This document shows, in pieces, positions 1-8,132 of a DNA stretch of 15,232 nt. Within the stretch, counting starts at the first letter, position 1. Every line of letters begins with the position of its first letter. The notes under the pieces are model-generated. The model did no database searches, was not told the origin of the DNA, and saw only the letters and a list, made by a program, of their open reading frames with translations. The stretch covers positions 1 to 15,232 of the forward strand of contig JAVKIP010000036.1 in NCBI GenBank assembly GCA_031459385.1, read 5' to 3'. The stretch is from Candidatus Fervidifonticultor secundus (GTDB lineage: Bacteria > Sysuimicrobiota > Sysuimicrobiia > Sysuimicrobiales > Humicultoraceae). The position numbers were made by a program, and so were the translations under genes.

Positions 1-2
1 GC

Positions 3-940
3 GTGGTGGAGGTGGCGGACCCTGGTGCTCTCCAGCGGGCCGCCGCTCAGGTGACGGCGCGATTGGTGGAGCAGATCGCCCGGCGCTGGCTAGCGCTGGT
101 GCCCGATCCCTTGATGCCGGATAAACGCGCCGCGGGCTACCCGACGAGGTTCTCGATCTACCAGGCCGAGTTCAGCGACAACGTCATCTTCCGCCAGACC
201 CAGGTCCTCAACCGGGTCTATGAGCAACTGCTCCGGGATCATCTGCACCTCGGGCGGGCCGACATGGTGAAGGTCATCTTTGGCCGGCAGATTCGGAAGA
301 AATACGCCATCGGTGTTCGCGACGCGGATCTTGCGCCACGGCGTGGTGAGCTGCCTCAAGATCTTCTACAAGAAGAGCGTGCTCAAGCAGTACAACAAGG
401 GGGGCCGCGTGCTACGCACCGAGGCTTGCATCAATGACCCGCGCGACTTTACGATTGGGAAGAGCCTGGTGCACCTGGGGTACCTGGGCCGCATCGCATA
501 CCATGCCATTACGCGCTTCCAGAAAGCGCAAGCGGTGGCCCTGGCCTCAGCCCTCGACCGCTCGACCTTCGAGCGGATCGTGACTCCCTCCACGAATGGA
601 GGGCAGCGCGTCGCCGGCATCCGGTTCGGCGCGCCTCGGGCGATGCGAATCCTGGAGGCCCTGGGCTGTGCTGGGCTCACGTTCAAGGCCTTCGGCAACA
701 GAGAGTTCCGCGCCGTGCTGGTCGAGCGCTTCGGCGCTGATCCTGCCGAGGTCACCCCGGCCCGGGTCCGGTACGAACTGGCGAAGCTCCGCGGCAAAGG
801 GCTGGTGCGGAAGGTGTCCGGGCGCAACCTCTACACCCTGACCGACCTGGGCTACCGCGTGGCCCTCTACTGCACCAAACTCCATCAACGCCTGCTCGCT
901 CCCGCCCTTGACAGCCTCGATTCAGCCCTGCGCCCGTCCG
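3..940 (+). mobile_element. Putative transposase / Rep_trans-like endonuclease with C-terminal winged helix; 5' end outside window, +1 frameshift at ~300, 3' end apparently truncated
   Basis: ORF 3..437 (…FSIYQAEFSDNVIFR…KVIFGRQIRK) continues in ORF 280..1200 (NTPSVFATRIL…LKQYNKGGRVLRTEACINDPRDF…RYELAKLRGKGLVRKVSGRNLYTLTDLG) if one A is removed from AAGAAAT at 297-303. Protein-like sequence ends near …LDSALRPS (~940); the rest of the ORF reads through the next promoter and gene. Confidence 0.6.
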
Positions 941-949
941 CCGGCATCT

Positions 950-965
950 TTAACATCGCCTTAAC
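950..965 (+). promoter_or_regulatory. Direct repeat TTAAC-N6-TTAAC (11-bp period), putative OmpR/PhoB-family binding site
   Basis: TTAAC atcgcc TTAAC, 63 bp upstream of the cupredoxin ATG at 1029; near-identical arrangement at 6896-6911. Confidence 0.6.
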
Positions 966-1028
966 TATTCCAGGTGGGCATATCTGGAGAATCTGGACCG
1001 AGAATGTTCCTGTTCGGAGGCATGAACG

Positions 1029-1430
1029 ATGGGCCTGCGCAGTGCTGTGGCACCGGCTCTCCTCGCGCTCCTCACTGTCATCGCCGTCGGATGTGCGCGG
1101 CAGACGACCTCGATGCCGTCCCCATCGCCATCTGTGCAGGCCGGGGCGCAGGTCGTCGATCTCGTCGCCCGTGACTTCGAGTTCTCACCCCGCGTCGTGA
1201 AAGTCAGGGCGGGCACTGTCAGGTTCCAGGTCACCAACCGTGGGGCCGTCGACCACGACTTCGCCATCCCCGCCCTCGCCGGGCACAACGAGCGTGAGCA
1301 GCACCTGATCAAGCCCGGTGCGACCCAGGTCGTGGACCTCGAGCTCCGTCCCGGGTCCTACGAGGCGATCTGCACGGTCCCGGGCCACAAAGAAGCCGGC
1401 ATGGTGGCAACTATCGAAGTCAGCCCGTAG
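1029..1430 (+). CDS. Cupredoxin-domain lipoprotein with type-1 copper site
   Basis: GGAGG RBS 1016-1020; lipobox-like IAVG-C; S/P-rich linker; DFEFSP…VTNRGAVDHDF; ligand loop CTVPGHKEAGM (C-x4-H-x4-M). Confidence 0.9.
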   Translation: MGLRSAVAPALLALLTVIAVGCARQTTSMPSPSPSVQAGAQVVDLVARDFEFSPRVVKVRAGTVRFQVTNRGAVDHDFAIPALAGHNEREQHLIKPGATQVVDLELRPGSYEAICTVPGHKEAGMVATIEVSP

Positions 1431-1444
1431 CGGCCGTAGCGCGG

Positions 1445-2209
1445 CTACCGCAGTCCGAGCGGGCGGACGTGTGAGATCGCCCACGTGCCCCGGTACGCGG
1501 GCACCTGCACCCGTTCGGCACGGGTCACGCGGGCCGGAAAGCCGAACGCCCGCAGGTAGTCGAGGTACCCACCGCGACGGGCGACGTGACCGGCCAGCCG
1601 CTCGGGGTCGCCGATGGCCACGATTTGCAGCGGTGGCGTCATCCGCCGGCTGTTCACCCGGAACGTCCGAAAGAGGCTCTGGATGCCCGTGGTCGCCCCC
1701 ACCCGCTCCCCGTTGAGGGCGACGGCTTCGGCGCCGGCCCCCCACAGGTCGTTGACAACCGTGGCCACGTCGTAGTTGTGGAGGATCACCTCGTTGGGGT
1801 TCTCGCCCGGCCGCAGGGGGCGGCGGCTGTCCTCCAGCTGCACCACCACGCCCGGGCCCTCCAGGGCCGTCATGCCGGCTCGCATCCGCAACGGCCCGAG
1901 CTCGTCCAGCAGCGCCCGCACGCCGTGCTGCTGCGCGGCGGCGGCGGCCTCCAGTGCGCCGATCCGCGCCCGCAGCGTCTCGGCCTCCGCCTCCAAGGCC
2001 CCGATGGCGTGGTCCTGCAGCCTGAGGCGGTAGGCCAGCTCCTCGAGCTGGGGCGGCGGTACGCCCAGCGTCGTGCGGACGGCCAGGGAGATGCGCAGTT
2101 GGGTGCCGACCGCCACTCCGAGCACGAGACCGACGGCCAGCATCGCCAGCTGGAGCATGGTGACCGTCTTCAACGTCGGCTCCACCGGAGTTTGGCCACG
2201 AGCGCACAC
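1445..2209 (-). CDS. DUF881 family protein (N-terminal TM helix, coiled coil); start uncertain
   Basis: GMTALEGPGVVVQLED, ILHNYDVATVVNDLWGAGAEAVALNGERV and PPLQIVAIGDP are typical DUF881 motifs. Confidence 0.85.
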   Translation of the reverse strand: MCARGQTPVEPTLKTVTMLQLAMLAVGLVLGVAVGTQLRISLAVRTTLGVPPPQLEELAYRLRLQDHAIGALEAEAETLRARIGALEAAAAAQQHGVRALLDELGPLRMRAGMTALEGPGVVVQLEDSRRPLRPGENPNEVILHNYDVATVVNDLWGAGAEAVALNGERVGATTGIQSLFRTFRVNSRRMTPPLQIVAIGDPERLAGHVARRGGYLDYLRAFGFPARVTRAERVQVPAYRGTWAISHVRPLGLR

Positions 2210-2269
2210 CCCTGGTGGGGCATTTCTCCGACGTCGTGCAGCCGCCCTGTCGCGCGCAGGCGCCTGCTC

Positions 2270-2920
2270 TTACGGCCGGATGCCGCGGCGCGCGGCAAAC
2301 GCCGCGGCCTCGGTGCGGCGCTTCAGCCGGAGCTTGGCCAGCAGTGCCGTGACGTAGTTCTTGACGGTCTTCTCGCTGATGCGCAGAACCGCGCCGATCT
2401 CGCGGTTCGTCTTCCCCTCTGCGATGAGTGCCAGGATCCGGCGCTCCTGCGGTGTGAGCGGATCGGGCATGTGCTCGTCGCCCGAGACCAGCCGCCGGAA
2501 GCGGTTGAGCAGAGCAGTGGTGACCCCGGCGTCCAGCAGCGACCCGCCGGATGCCGCTACCCGGATGGCGCGGATCAACTCGTCCCCGCGGGACTGCTTC
2601 AGCAGGTAGCCGCTGGCCCCGGCCACCACGGAGGCCTCCACCGCCTCTTCATCCGGATAGGATGTCAGCATGACGACCTGGGTCTCGGGCAGGACGCTCT
2701 TGACCTCACGACACGCCTCGACCCCGCTGCCATCGGGGAGCCGGATGTCCATGATCACGACGTCGGGCCGGAGCCGGACCGCCGCCGCCACAGCGTCGGT
2801 TGCGGACGTGGCCTCCCCGGCGATCTCGAATTCCGGCTGCCCTCCCAGCAGCGCCCGGAGTCCGAGCCGGACGATCTCGTGATCATCGACGATCAACAGC
2901 CGCACGCGACGGGCCGTCAT
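2270..2920 (-). CDS. NarL/LuxR-family response regulator, DosR/DevR-like (216 aa)
   Basis: ATG 2920 with GAGGAG RBS; receiver LIVDDHEIVR…MDIRLPDGSG…MLTSY…GASGYLLK; LuxR HTH LTPQERRILALIAEGKTNREIG…SEKTVKNYVTALLAKL. Confidence 0.95.
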   Translation of the reverse strand: MTARRVRLLIVDDHEIVRLGLRALLGGQPEFEIAGEATSATDAVAAAVRLRPDVVIMDIRLPDGSGVEACREVKSVLPETQVVMLTSYPDEEAVEASVVAGASGYLLKQSRGDELIRAIRVAASGGSLLDAGVTTALLNRFRRLVSGDEHMPDPLTPQERRILALIAEGKTNREIGAVLRISEKTVKNYVTALLAKLRLKRRTEAAAFAARRGIRP

Positions 2921-5096
2921 GGGTCCGCTCCTCTCGCTGGCGGGGTACGACGAGGTCCACAACGGTGCCGGTCCCCGGGGTACTGCGGACGGCCAGCACG
3001 CCGCCAATCGCGGCCGCCCGCGCCGCCATGTTGCCCAACCCCTGGCCGCGGGCTCGGGCCCCCTCCGGCTGGAACCCGCAACCGTCGTCGCGCACCACCA
3101 CCCGGACCGTCTCCGCGTCGCCATCCAGTATGACCTCGGCCCGCCGCGCCCCGCTGTGGCGGACGACGTTGGCCAGCGCCTCCCGCACGATCAGTACGAT
3201 CTGCTCCCGGCTCGCCTCCGGGAGTTCGACTGCATCATCACGCACGACCAGGCGCACCGGGACGACCCCGGCGGCGCTCACCTCGCCCGCGACAGCGGCG
3301 AGCGCCTCAGCAAGCGGCCGCCGCTCGCGCGCCGGGGCGTGCAGGCCGTGCACGAACTGCCGGATCTCCGTGGCCACACGCGCTATGGCCGCCAGGCTCT
3401 GCTCTACCCTGTCGGCGGCTGCGGCGGGGTCGGCGGCCAGGACCGGGCGGATGGACTCCAGCATCAGCGCGATGCCGTAGAGATGCTGCAGCGTGCTGTC
3501 GTGCAAATCGCGGCCAATGCGCTCGCGTTCCTGTAGCACGGCCAGGTGCCGGAGCTGCTCGTGGAGTTCTGCGCGGTGCAGCGCGATCGCGGCCAGGTTC
3601 GCCAGGCTGGCCAGCAGCCCGGTCGCGCGGCCGTCGAACGCGGCCGGCGGGCGAGATCCGACGCACAGGGCGCCCTGGAGAACACCGTCGAGCGCGAGCG
3701 CCGCGACGGCGTGGGAAGTCCTGTACGTCGTCCGCAGCACGGGGCACCGCTCTGCCAGGACGCGGGCCGACACGCCGTCCCGACCGGCGCACAGCGGCAT
3801 CGGCTGCGCGCCCGCGACGACCGCCTCGCCCGGCCCGCTGACCGCTGCGGGCCTGCCCGTCCACCGCTCGCCGGCCAGACAAACGACCGCCACATCGGCG
3901 CGCAGTAACCGCCGCGCATGCCCGGCAATCGACCGCAGCACGCCCTCCAGGTCCGGTCGCGACAGCACCTCGCGGCCGACGTCGTACAGCGCCTGCGCCT
4001 CGGCTTCGCGGCGGGCCAGGTCGTCCAGCACGACCCGCAGCCGGGTCCGCATCGTCTCGAAGCTGTCCGCCAGCGCGCCGAGCTCGTCTCGCCGCGCGAC
4101 CGCAATGCTGCCGCTCAGGTCGCCGTCGGCGATGCGCCGAGCCTGCTCAGCCAGCAGGCGAAGGGGCCGGATGACCGCTCCGGTGTCCCACCAGGCGAAC
4201 GCCAGGGCCACCAGGAGGGCCAGCGCGCCGAAGACCAGCATGCGCGCGCGCGTCTGCGCCACCGGGGCCAGCGTTTCGGTGGCGGTCTGCCCGAAGCTGA
4301 CGCCCCACGGCGCCACGCGGGAGGGCGCAAAGGCCATGATGTGTTCGGCGACTGGCCTGTTGCCTTTGTAGTAAGCGGCAGGGCCGACGTCTGCTTGCCG
4401 GCGGGCGATCAGGCGCGCGTGGAAATCCGGGTGCTCGTCGGCGCCAAAGCGGTCCTCGGCGTCGGTGGAAGCCAGCGCCCGCCCGGCGGCATCCACGATG
4501 ACGGCGTGACCGGTCCGGCCCAGCTGCACACCGCTGATGTAGCGGTCGAATGGCAGTCGGGTGAGGTCGGCCGCGGCGCACAGCGCGCCGGGATCGGCGG
4601 CAACGCACAGGAGGACGATCGGCGTCCGCGTGCGCGGCGCCTCTACCAGGCCAGAGATCGCCATGCGGGTGCCTGTCAGCACCTGCCGCACGCTGTCATG
4701 GCCCCCCAGGCGCACGCCCTGATCGTGACGGAGCCGCCGGCCGGCCTGGACCACGACGCCCTGCGCGTCGAGCAGGTAGAGCCCGTAGGAGGCGAACGGA
4801 ACGCGCGCCGCCACCCCGTCCCAGCGGTCGGCGCAGTCGGGACACCAGGCGAGCTCGCGCACCTCAGGCGCCCGCGCGAGCCCTGCCAGGTGCTGCACGA
4901 CGGCCAGCAGGGTGTCGTCCAGCCGTTCGGCCAGCGCCCGCGCCGTGATCAGGCGCTCCCCCAGCAGGCGGCGTTTGCTCTCCTGGAGCATCTGGACGCC
5001 GGAGATCCCCAGCACGGCCACCACGGCCGTCAGGCCGACGGCCACAGCAGCCATGATGCGGAGGCGGAGGCTGATGCCCGGCGCCCGCTCACGCAT
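2883..5096 (-). CDS. Membrane sensor histidine kinase: TM-Cache-TM-HAMP-GAF-HisKA_3-HATPase (737 aa)
   Basis: ATG 5096 after GAGGGGAG; two hydrophobic helices flank a ~270-aa extracytoplasmic region; HAMP (PLRLLAEQARRIADGDL…DELGALADSFETM); H-box ERERIGRDLHD; N box EALANVVRH; G boxes DDGCGF and GQGLGNM. Confidence 0.95.
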   Translation of the reverse strand: MRERAPGISLRLRIMAAVAVGLTAVVAVLGISGVQMLQESKRRLLGERLITARALAERLDDTLLAVVQHLAGLARAPEVRELAWCPDCADRWDGVAARVPFASYGLYLLDAQGVVVQAGRRLRHDQGVRLGGHDSVRQVLTGTRMAISGLVEAPRTRTPIVLLCVAADPGALCAAADLTRLPFDRYISGVQLGRTGHAVIVDAAGRALASTDAEDRFGADEHPDFHARLIARRQADVGPAAYYKGNRPVAEHIMAFAPSRVAPWGVSFGQTATETLAPVAQTRARMLVFGALALLVALAFAWWDTGAVIRPLRLLAEQARRIADGDLSGSIAVARRDELGALADSFETMRTRLRVVLDDLARREAEAQALYDVGREVLSRPDLEGVLRSIAGHARRLLRADVAVVCLAGERWTGRPAAVSGPGEAVVAGAQPMPLCAGRDGVSARVLAERCPVLRTTYRTSHAVAALALDGVLQGALCVGSRPPAAFDGRATGLLASLANLAAIALHRAELHEQLRHLAVLQERERIGRDLHDSTLQHLYGIALMLESIRPVLAADPAAAADRVEQSLAAIARVATEIRQFVHGLHAPARERRPLAEALAAVAGEVSAAGVVPVRLVVRDDAVELPEASREQIVLIVREALANVVRHSGARRAEVILDGDAETVRVVVRDDGCGFQPEGARARGQGLGNMAARAAAIGGVLAVRSTPGTGTVVDLVVPRQREERTHDGPSRAAVDRR

Positions 5097-5131
5097 GGAT
5101 GCCCACTCCCCTCGTTCTGTCCCGTCGCCGT

Positions 5132-5230
5132 TCACACGAACCCAAACGGCACGGGCACGCTGAAGGCCCGCCAGGCGAAGACCGCCGCCAGGACGTGGAG
5201 CACGCGGACCGCGGGAAGCCACTCGGTCAT
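5132..5230 (-). pseudogene. 32-aa hydrophobic ORF with strong RBS; small protein or internally deleted membrane-protein remnant
   Basis: AGAGGAGGAGG precedes ATG 5230; MTEWLPAVRVLHVLAAVFAWRAFSVPVPFGFV; ATGA overlap with the upstream ORF stop. Confidence 0.5.
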
Positions 5231-5421
5231 CCGCCCTCCTCCTCTGTTTGCGTTACCGCCCACGACGGCGGTGACGGAATGTCGCGCAGGTTTCGGTCGG
5301 CGATTCTCGGCAGAAGGGGCATGAGGCGGAACACGACACGGCCGCGGCCAAGGAGTGCACTGGCCAGAATGCGGATCTGAAGGCTCCGCCTGGGAGCCGC
5401 GAGCCCTTGCCGCATCGGCAC
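5227..5421 (-). pseudogene. Possible C-terminal remnant of a membrane protein, translationally coupled to the 32-aa ORF
   Basis: …RILASALLGRGRVVFRLMPLLPRIADRNLRDIPSPPSWAVTQTEEEGG; its TGA overlaps the next ATG (ATGA 5230-5227); no convincing RBS or start. Confidence 0.35.
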
Positions 5422-5525
5422 CCCCGCACCGGTGCGGGTGTATCCTCAGGCTACGCGGGCTGCCCGGCGTCGGTCTATCGGGCCGTTGTCCGATTTTGCC
5501 CTCGGGCGACGCGCCTAGCCGCCCC

Positions 5526-5561
5526 GGGACCTTGGGGCACGCGGGGCGGGACGAATGACCC
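5526..5561 (+). promoter_or_regulatory. Tandem DosR/DevR-box-like sites
   Basis: GGGAC-cttg-GGGCA (5526-5539) and GGGAC-gaat-GACCC (5548-5561), 22 bp apart, in the divergent intergenic region; they resemble the GGGAC-N4-GTCCC DosR core. Confidence 0.6.
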
Positions 5562-5611
5562 TGCTCCATGGACCTCGCACCGGACCACCATGAGGCCAGG
5601 AGGTGAGTCCC

Positions 5612-6109
5612 ATGACGAGAACGCGCCTGGTAGCGATCCTGGCACTCGCCCTGCTGGCCGTGGTCTGGGGCCTCGTGCGGCCGCACGCCGGCGCGGGCCA
5701 GGCCACGCCGGCGAAGCGCACCATCTACATGGCCGCGGTCGAACCGAAGGGCGGCACGTCGGTCTCCAGTGAGCCGTATCCGTCCGGCTCGCCTGCCCTG
5801 ACTGCCGGACCGGGGTACGTGCTGCGACCGCCGGATGCGTCCGGGCGCTGGGAGGTCTCTGTCTACCAGTGGCAGCCGGGCTTCGTGCTGGCCCAGGAGG
5901 GCGACGATGTCACCCTGGAGATCATCGGCATCAACGGGGCCGAGCATCCATCGTTCATCGAGGGCATCAACCTGCCGGCGTTCACGGTCAGGCGCGGGCA
6001 GATCACGACGGTCAACTTCCGCGCCGGGCGCGCGGGCTTCTACCGGATCGTGTGCTCCGCCCACCTGCCTACGATGGTAGGATACCTGGTGGTGCTGCCG
6101 AGGCGGTAG
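5612..6109 (+). CDS. Secreted cupredoxin-domain protein (165 aa)
   Basis: AGGAGGTGA RBS 5598-5606; signal peptide; WQPGFVLAQEGDDVTLEIIGINGAEH; FRAGRAGFYRIV-CSAHLPTM (C-x2-H-x3-M). Confidence 0.88.
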   Translation: MTRTRLVAILALALLAVVWGLVRPHAGAGQATPAKRTIYMAAVEPKGGTSVSSEPYPSGSPALTAGPGYVLRPPDASGRWEVSVYQWQPGFVLAQEGDDVTLEIIGINGAEHPSFIEGINLPAFTVRRGQITTVNFRAGRAGFYRIVCSAHLPTMVGYLVVLPRR

Positions 6110-6126
6110 CACCAACCCGCTGCATG

Positions 6127-6162
6127 GGGTGGGCCAGGAGGGTCGTTCCTCGCGGCCCACCC
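6127..6162 (+). terminator. Intergenic stem-loop (terminator or mRNA-stabilising hairpin)
   Basis: GGGTGGGCC (6127-6135) pairs with GGCCCACCC (6154-6162); inner AGGA/TCCT; no U-tract. Confidence 0.4.
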
Positions 6163-6252
6163 GCCTGGCCGCCCTGCGCGAGGATCGGGACGCCCGCGCG
6201 GCAGGGATGTTACGGTCGAACGCCCAACATCGTGGCCGTCGAGACATCCACG

Positions 6253-6861
6253 ATGCCGTCGAGACGCCCCACGAGGTCTGCAGCACCCACCAGCGGCACC
6301 CCGGCCGTGGCTACCCACTCGGCCACCGTCGTGCTGGCCACCGCCGCCATTACCCTGGCGGCCTACGGACTGCTGGGCTACGTGCTCTTGCGCCGCCCAC
6401 CCGCCGAGGTGGCGCCTGCCGTTCGCCAGATGCTGGCTGCGCTCCCAACGCTCATCGCGGTCGTGAACGCGGCTGCGCTGGCCTGCCTGCTCGCCGGGTG
6501 GAAGGCCGTGCGCACCGGACGGATCCCGGCCCACCGCCGGTACATGCTGGCGGCGGTGGGGCTGATCTCGGCGTTCCTGGTGCTGTACGTGACCCGGGTG
6601 GCGCTGGGCGGGATCAAGGCCTTCCCCGGTCCGCCGGAGGTCCGCCGGTACGTCTACCTGCCCGCGCTGGCCGTCCACGTGGCGCTGTCGATCGTGACGG
6701 TCCCCCCGGTGGTCTTCAACGTCCTCACCGGCCTGACGCGGCCGGCAGTGGAGGTCCCGGCGACCGCACACCCGCGGGTGGGACGGATCGCTGTCAGTTT
6801 GTGGTCGATCAGTCTGGCGCTGGGCATCCTCGTCTACCTGATGCTCAACGTCTTCTATTGA
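6253..6861 (+). CDS. DUF420 family membrane protein (CtaM/YozB-like); start uncertain (6232/6253/6307)
   Basis: LPTLIAVVNAAALACLLAGWKAVRTGRIPAHRRYMLAA…FLVLYV…YLPALAVHVALS…HPRVGRIAVSLWSISLALGILVYLML; three conserved His of DUF420. Confidence 0.85.
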   Translation: MPSRRPTRSAAPTSGTPAVATHSATVVLATAAITLAAYGLLGYVLLRRPPAEVAPAVRQMLAALPTLIAVVNAAALACLLAGWKAVRTGRIPAHRRYMLAAVGLISAFLVLYVTRVALGGIKAFPGPPEVRRYVYLPALAVHVALSIVTVPPVVFNVLTGLTRPAVEVPATAHPRVGRIAVSLWSISLALGILVYLMLNVFY

Positions 6862-6895
6862 CGCTGTGCCGGCCCGCCCGGGCGCGAGCCGGCTG

Positions 6896-6911
6896 TTAAC
6901 CCTTCCTTAAA
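6896..6911 (+). promoter_or_regulatory. Direct repeat TTAAC-N6-TTAAA, second copy of the motif at 950-965
   Basis: TTAAC ccttcc TTAAA directly before the cupredoxin fragment at 6920. Confidence 0.55.
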
Positions 6912-6919
6912 TCACCACG

Positions 6920-7135
6920 ATGGCCGGGTTCGACCCCCGCCGTGCGCGTCCCGGCCGGCCCTTCGTGATCCGCCTGGTCAACCCGGACAGCCCCTATCAC
7001 ACGGACGGCGGCGGGTGGCATCAGTTGCGCATCGAGCGCCTGGGCGTCGACGTGCGGGTAGCGCCCCGATCTTCAACGACGCAGGCGGTTGCCGGCCTGG
7101 CGCCGGGCACGTACGAGTTCTACTGCAAGGTCTAC
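6920..7135 (+). pseudogene. Cupredoxin fragment lacking RBS, signal peptide and C-terminal ligand loop
   Basis: MAGFDP…PGRPFVIRLVNPDSPYHTDGGGWHQL…APGTYEFYCKVY, then an abrupt switch to sensor-kinase sequence at ~7136. Confidence 0.75.
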
Positions 7136-7136
7136 C

Positions 7137-8132
7137 ACCGGGCACGCCGTCATCGTCGACGACGACGGCGTGGTTCTCGCCAGCACTGACCGCACAGAGC
7201 TGTTCACCCGCCAAGAACACCCCGAGTTCTTCGCCCATCTCATCCGGGAACGGAAGGCGGTCGTGGGGTCGACCGAGGATGTCAGCGGACCGGTCGGATC
7301 GCAGGGCACGCTACGTCATGGCCTTTGCGCCCCTGTCCACGGTGCCCTGGGGGCTGGCCGTCGGGTAAGACGAGGGGGAGACGTTCGGCCCGATCCGGCG
7401 GCTGCGCGATCGCATCATCCTGTTCGGGCTCGGCCTACTCGCTGCGGCTCTGCTCTTCGCGTGGCTTGACACGGGCGCGGTGGCAGCACCACTGCGGCTG
7501 TTGCACAGGAGAACGCCGAGCGTATCGCCACCGGTGACCCGCGACGGCCCGTGGAGGCGGCCTCCCTCCTGGGCGCCGACATCGCCGCCCTCTGCCTGTT
7601 CGACGAGACCGGCACGATGGCCAACGTGTGGGCCGTCGCGGGCCTGGCCGGTCCACAGGTGCAGCCGAGACGGTGGTTCCCGGTCCCCCAGGAGCGTCCA
7701 GCCGCCGGGTGCTTCGAACGGATGGAAATCGACGCCGCCTACCGGCGGTCCTCCCTGGCCGAGCCGCTGACGGCTGGGGGAAGGCGGTGGGCGTGCTCGC
7801 CGTCGGACGGGGCAACGGGGAACCCTTTACGGAGGACCAGCGCCAGGTGCTGACTGCGCAAGCACGCCATGGCGCGGCGCGCGACGGTCGCGCTGGCGGC
7901 GCGCGAGGGCACCCTCACGGTCACGGTGGACGACGACGGCCTGGAGTTCGACCTCACCCGGCCCCCTGCGGGCACCGGGCCCCGGTTCGGCCTGCAGACG
8001 ATGCGAGAGCGCGCCGAAGCCATCGGCGGCAGGTTCGCCATCGAATCGCGTGAGGGCGCGGGCACCCGCGTGGTCGTCCAGCTGCCCCTGGGAGGAGGCG
8101 ACCGGCTCAGTGCGCGTGCTGCTGGTGGATGA
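7137..8132 (+). pseudogene. Decayed paralog of the Cache-HAMP-GAF-HisKA_3 sensor kinase
   Basis: Collinear pieces: TGHAVIVDDDG…EHPEFF; VMAFAPLSTVPWGLAVG*DEGETFGP (TAA 7366-7368 where the intact copy has Q); TM2 …FAWLDTGAVAAPLRLL; AERIATGD; GAF piece LLGADIAALCL; RKHA…DDGLEF…[15 protein letters not shown]. Most of HAMP and the H-box are missing; several frameshifts. Confidence 0.9.

Noticed and set aside
291..305. Programmed ribosomal frameshift in the transposase-like gene
   Set aside because: A +1 shift is needed and there is no canonical slippery heptamer; IS frameshifts are typically -1, and other indels are common in this window.
950..965. CtrA box (TTAA-N7-TTAAC)
   Set aside because: Sequence matches, but CtrA is alphaproteobacterial and nothing here suggests that lineage; kept only as a generic OmpR-type repeat.
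5097..5222. 42-aa N-terminal extension of the kinase in the ORF track
   Set aside because: Better RBS at ATG 5096; the extension overlaps the 32-aa ORF.
1586..5324. Long plus-strand ORFs (1586..3133, 3493..4371, 3918..5324)
   Set aside because: Antisense shadows of DUF881, the regulator and the kinase; expected at high GC; no motifs.
5869..6252. 330-aa version of the DUF420 ORF
   Set aside because: Overlaps the cupredoxin out of frame, crosses an intergenic hairpin and has low-complexity composition.
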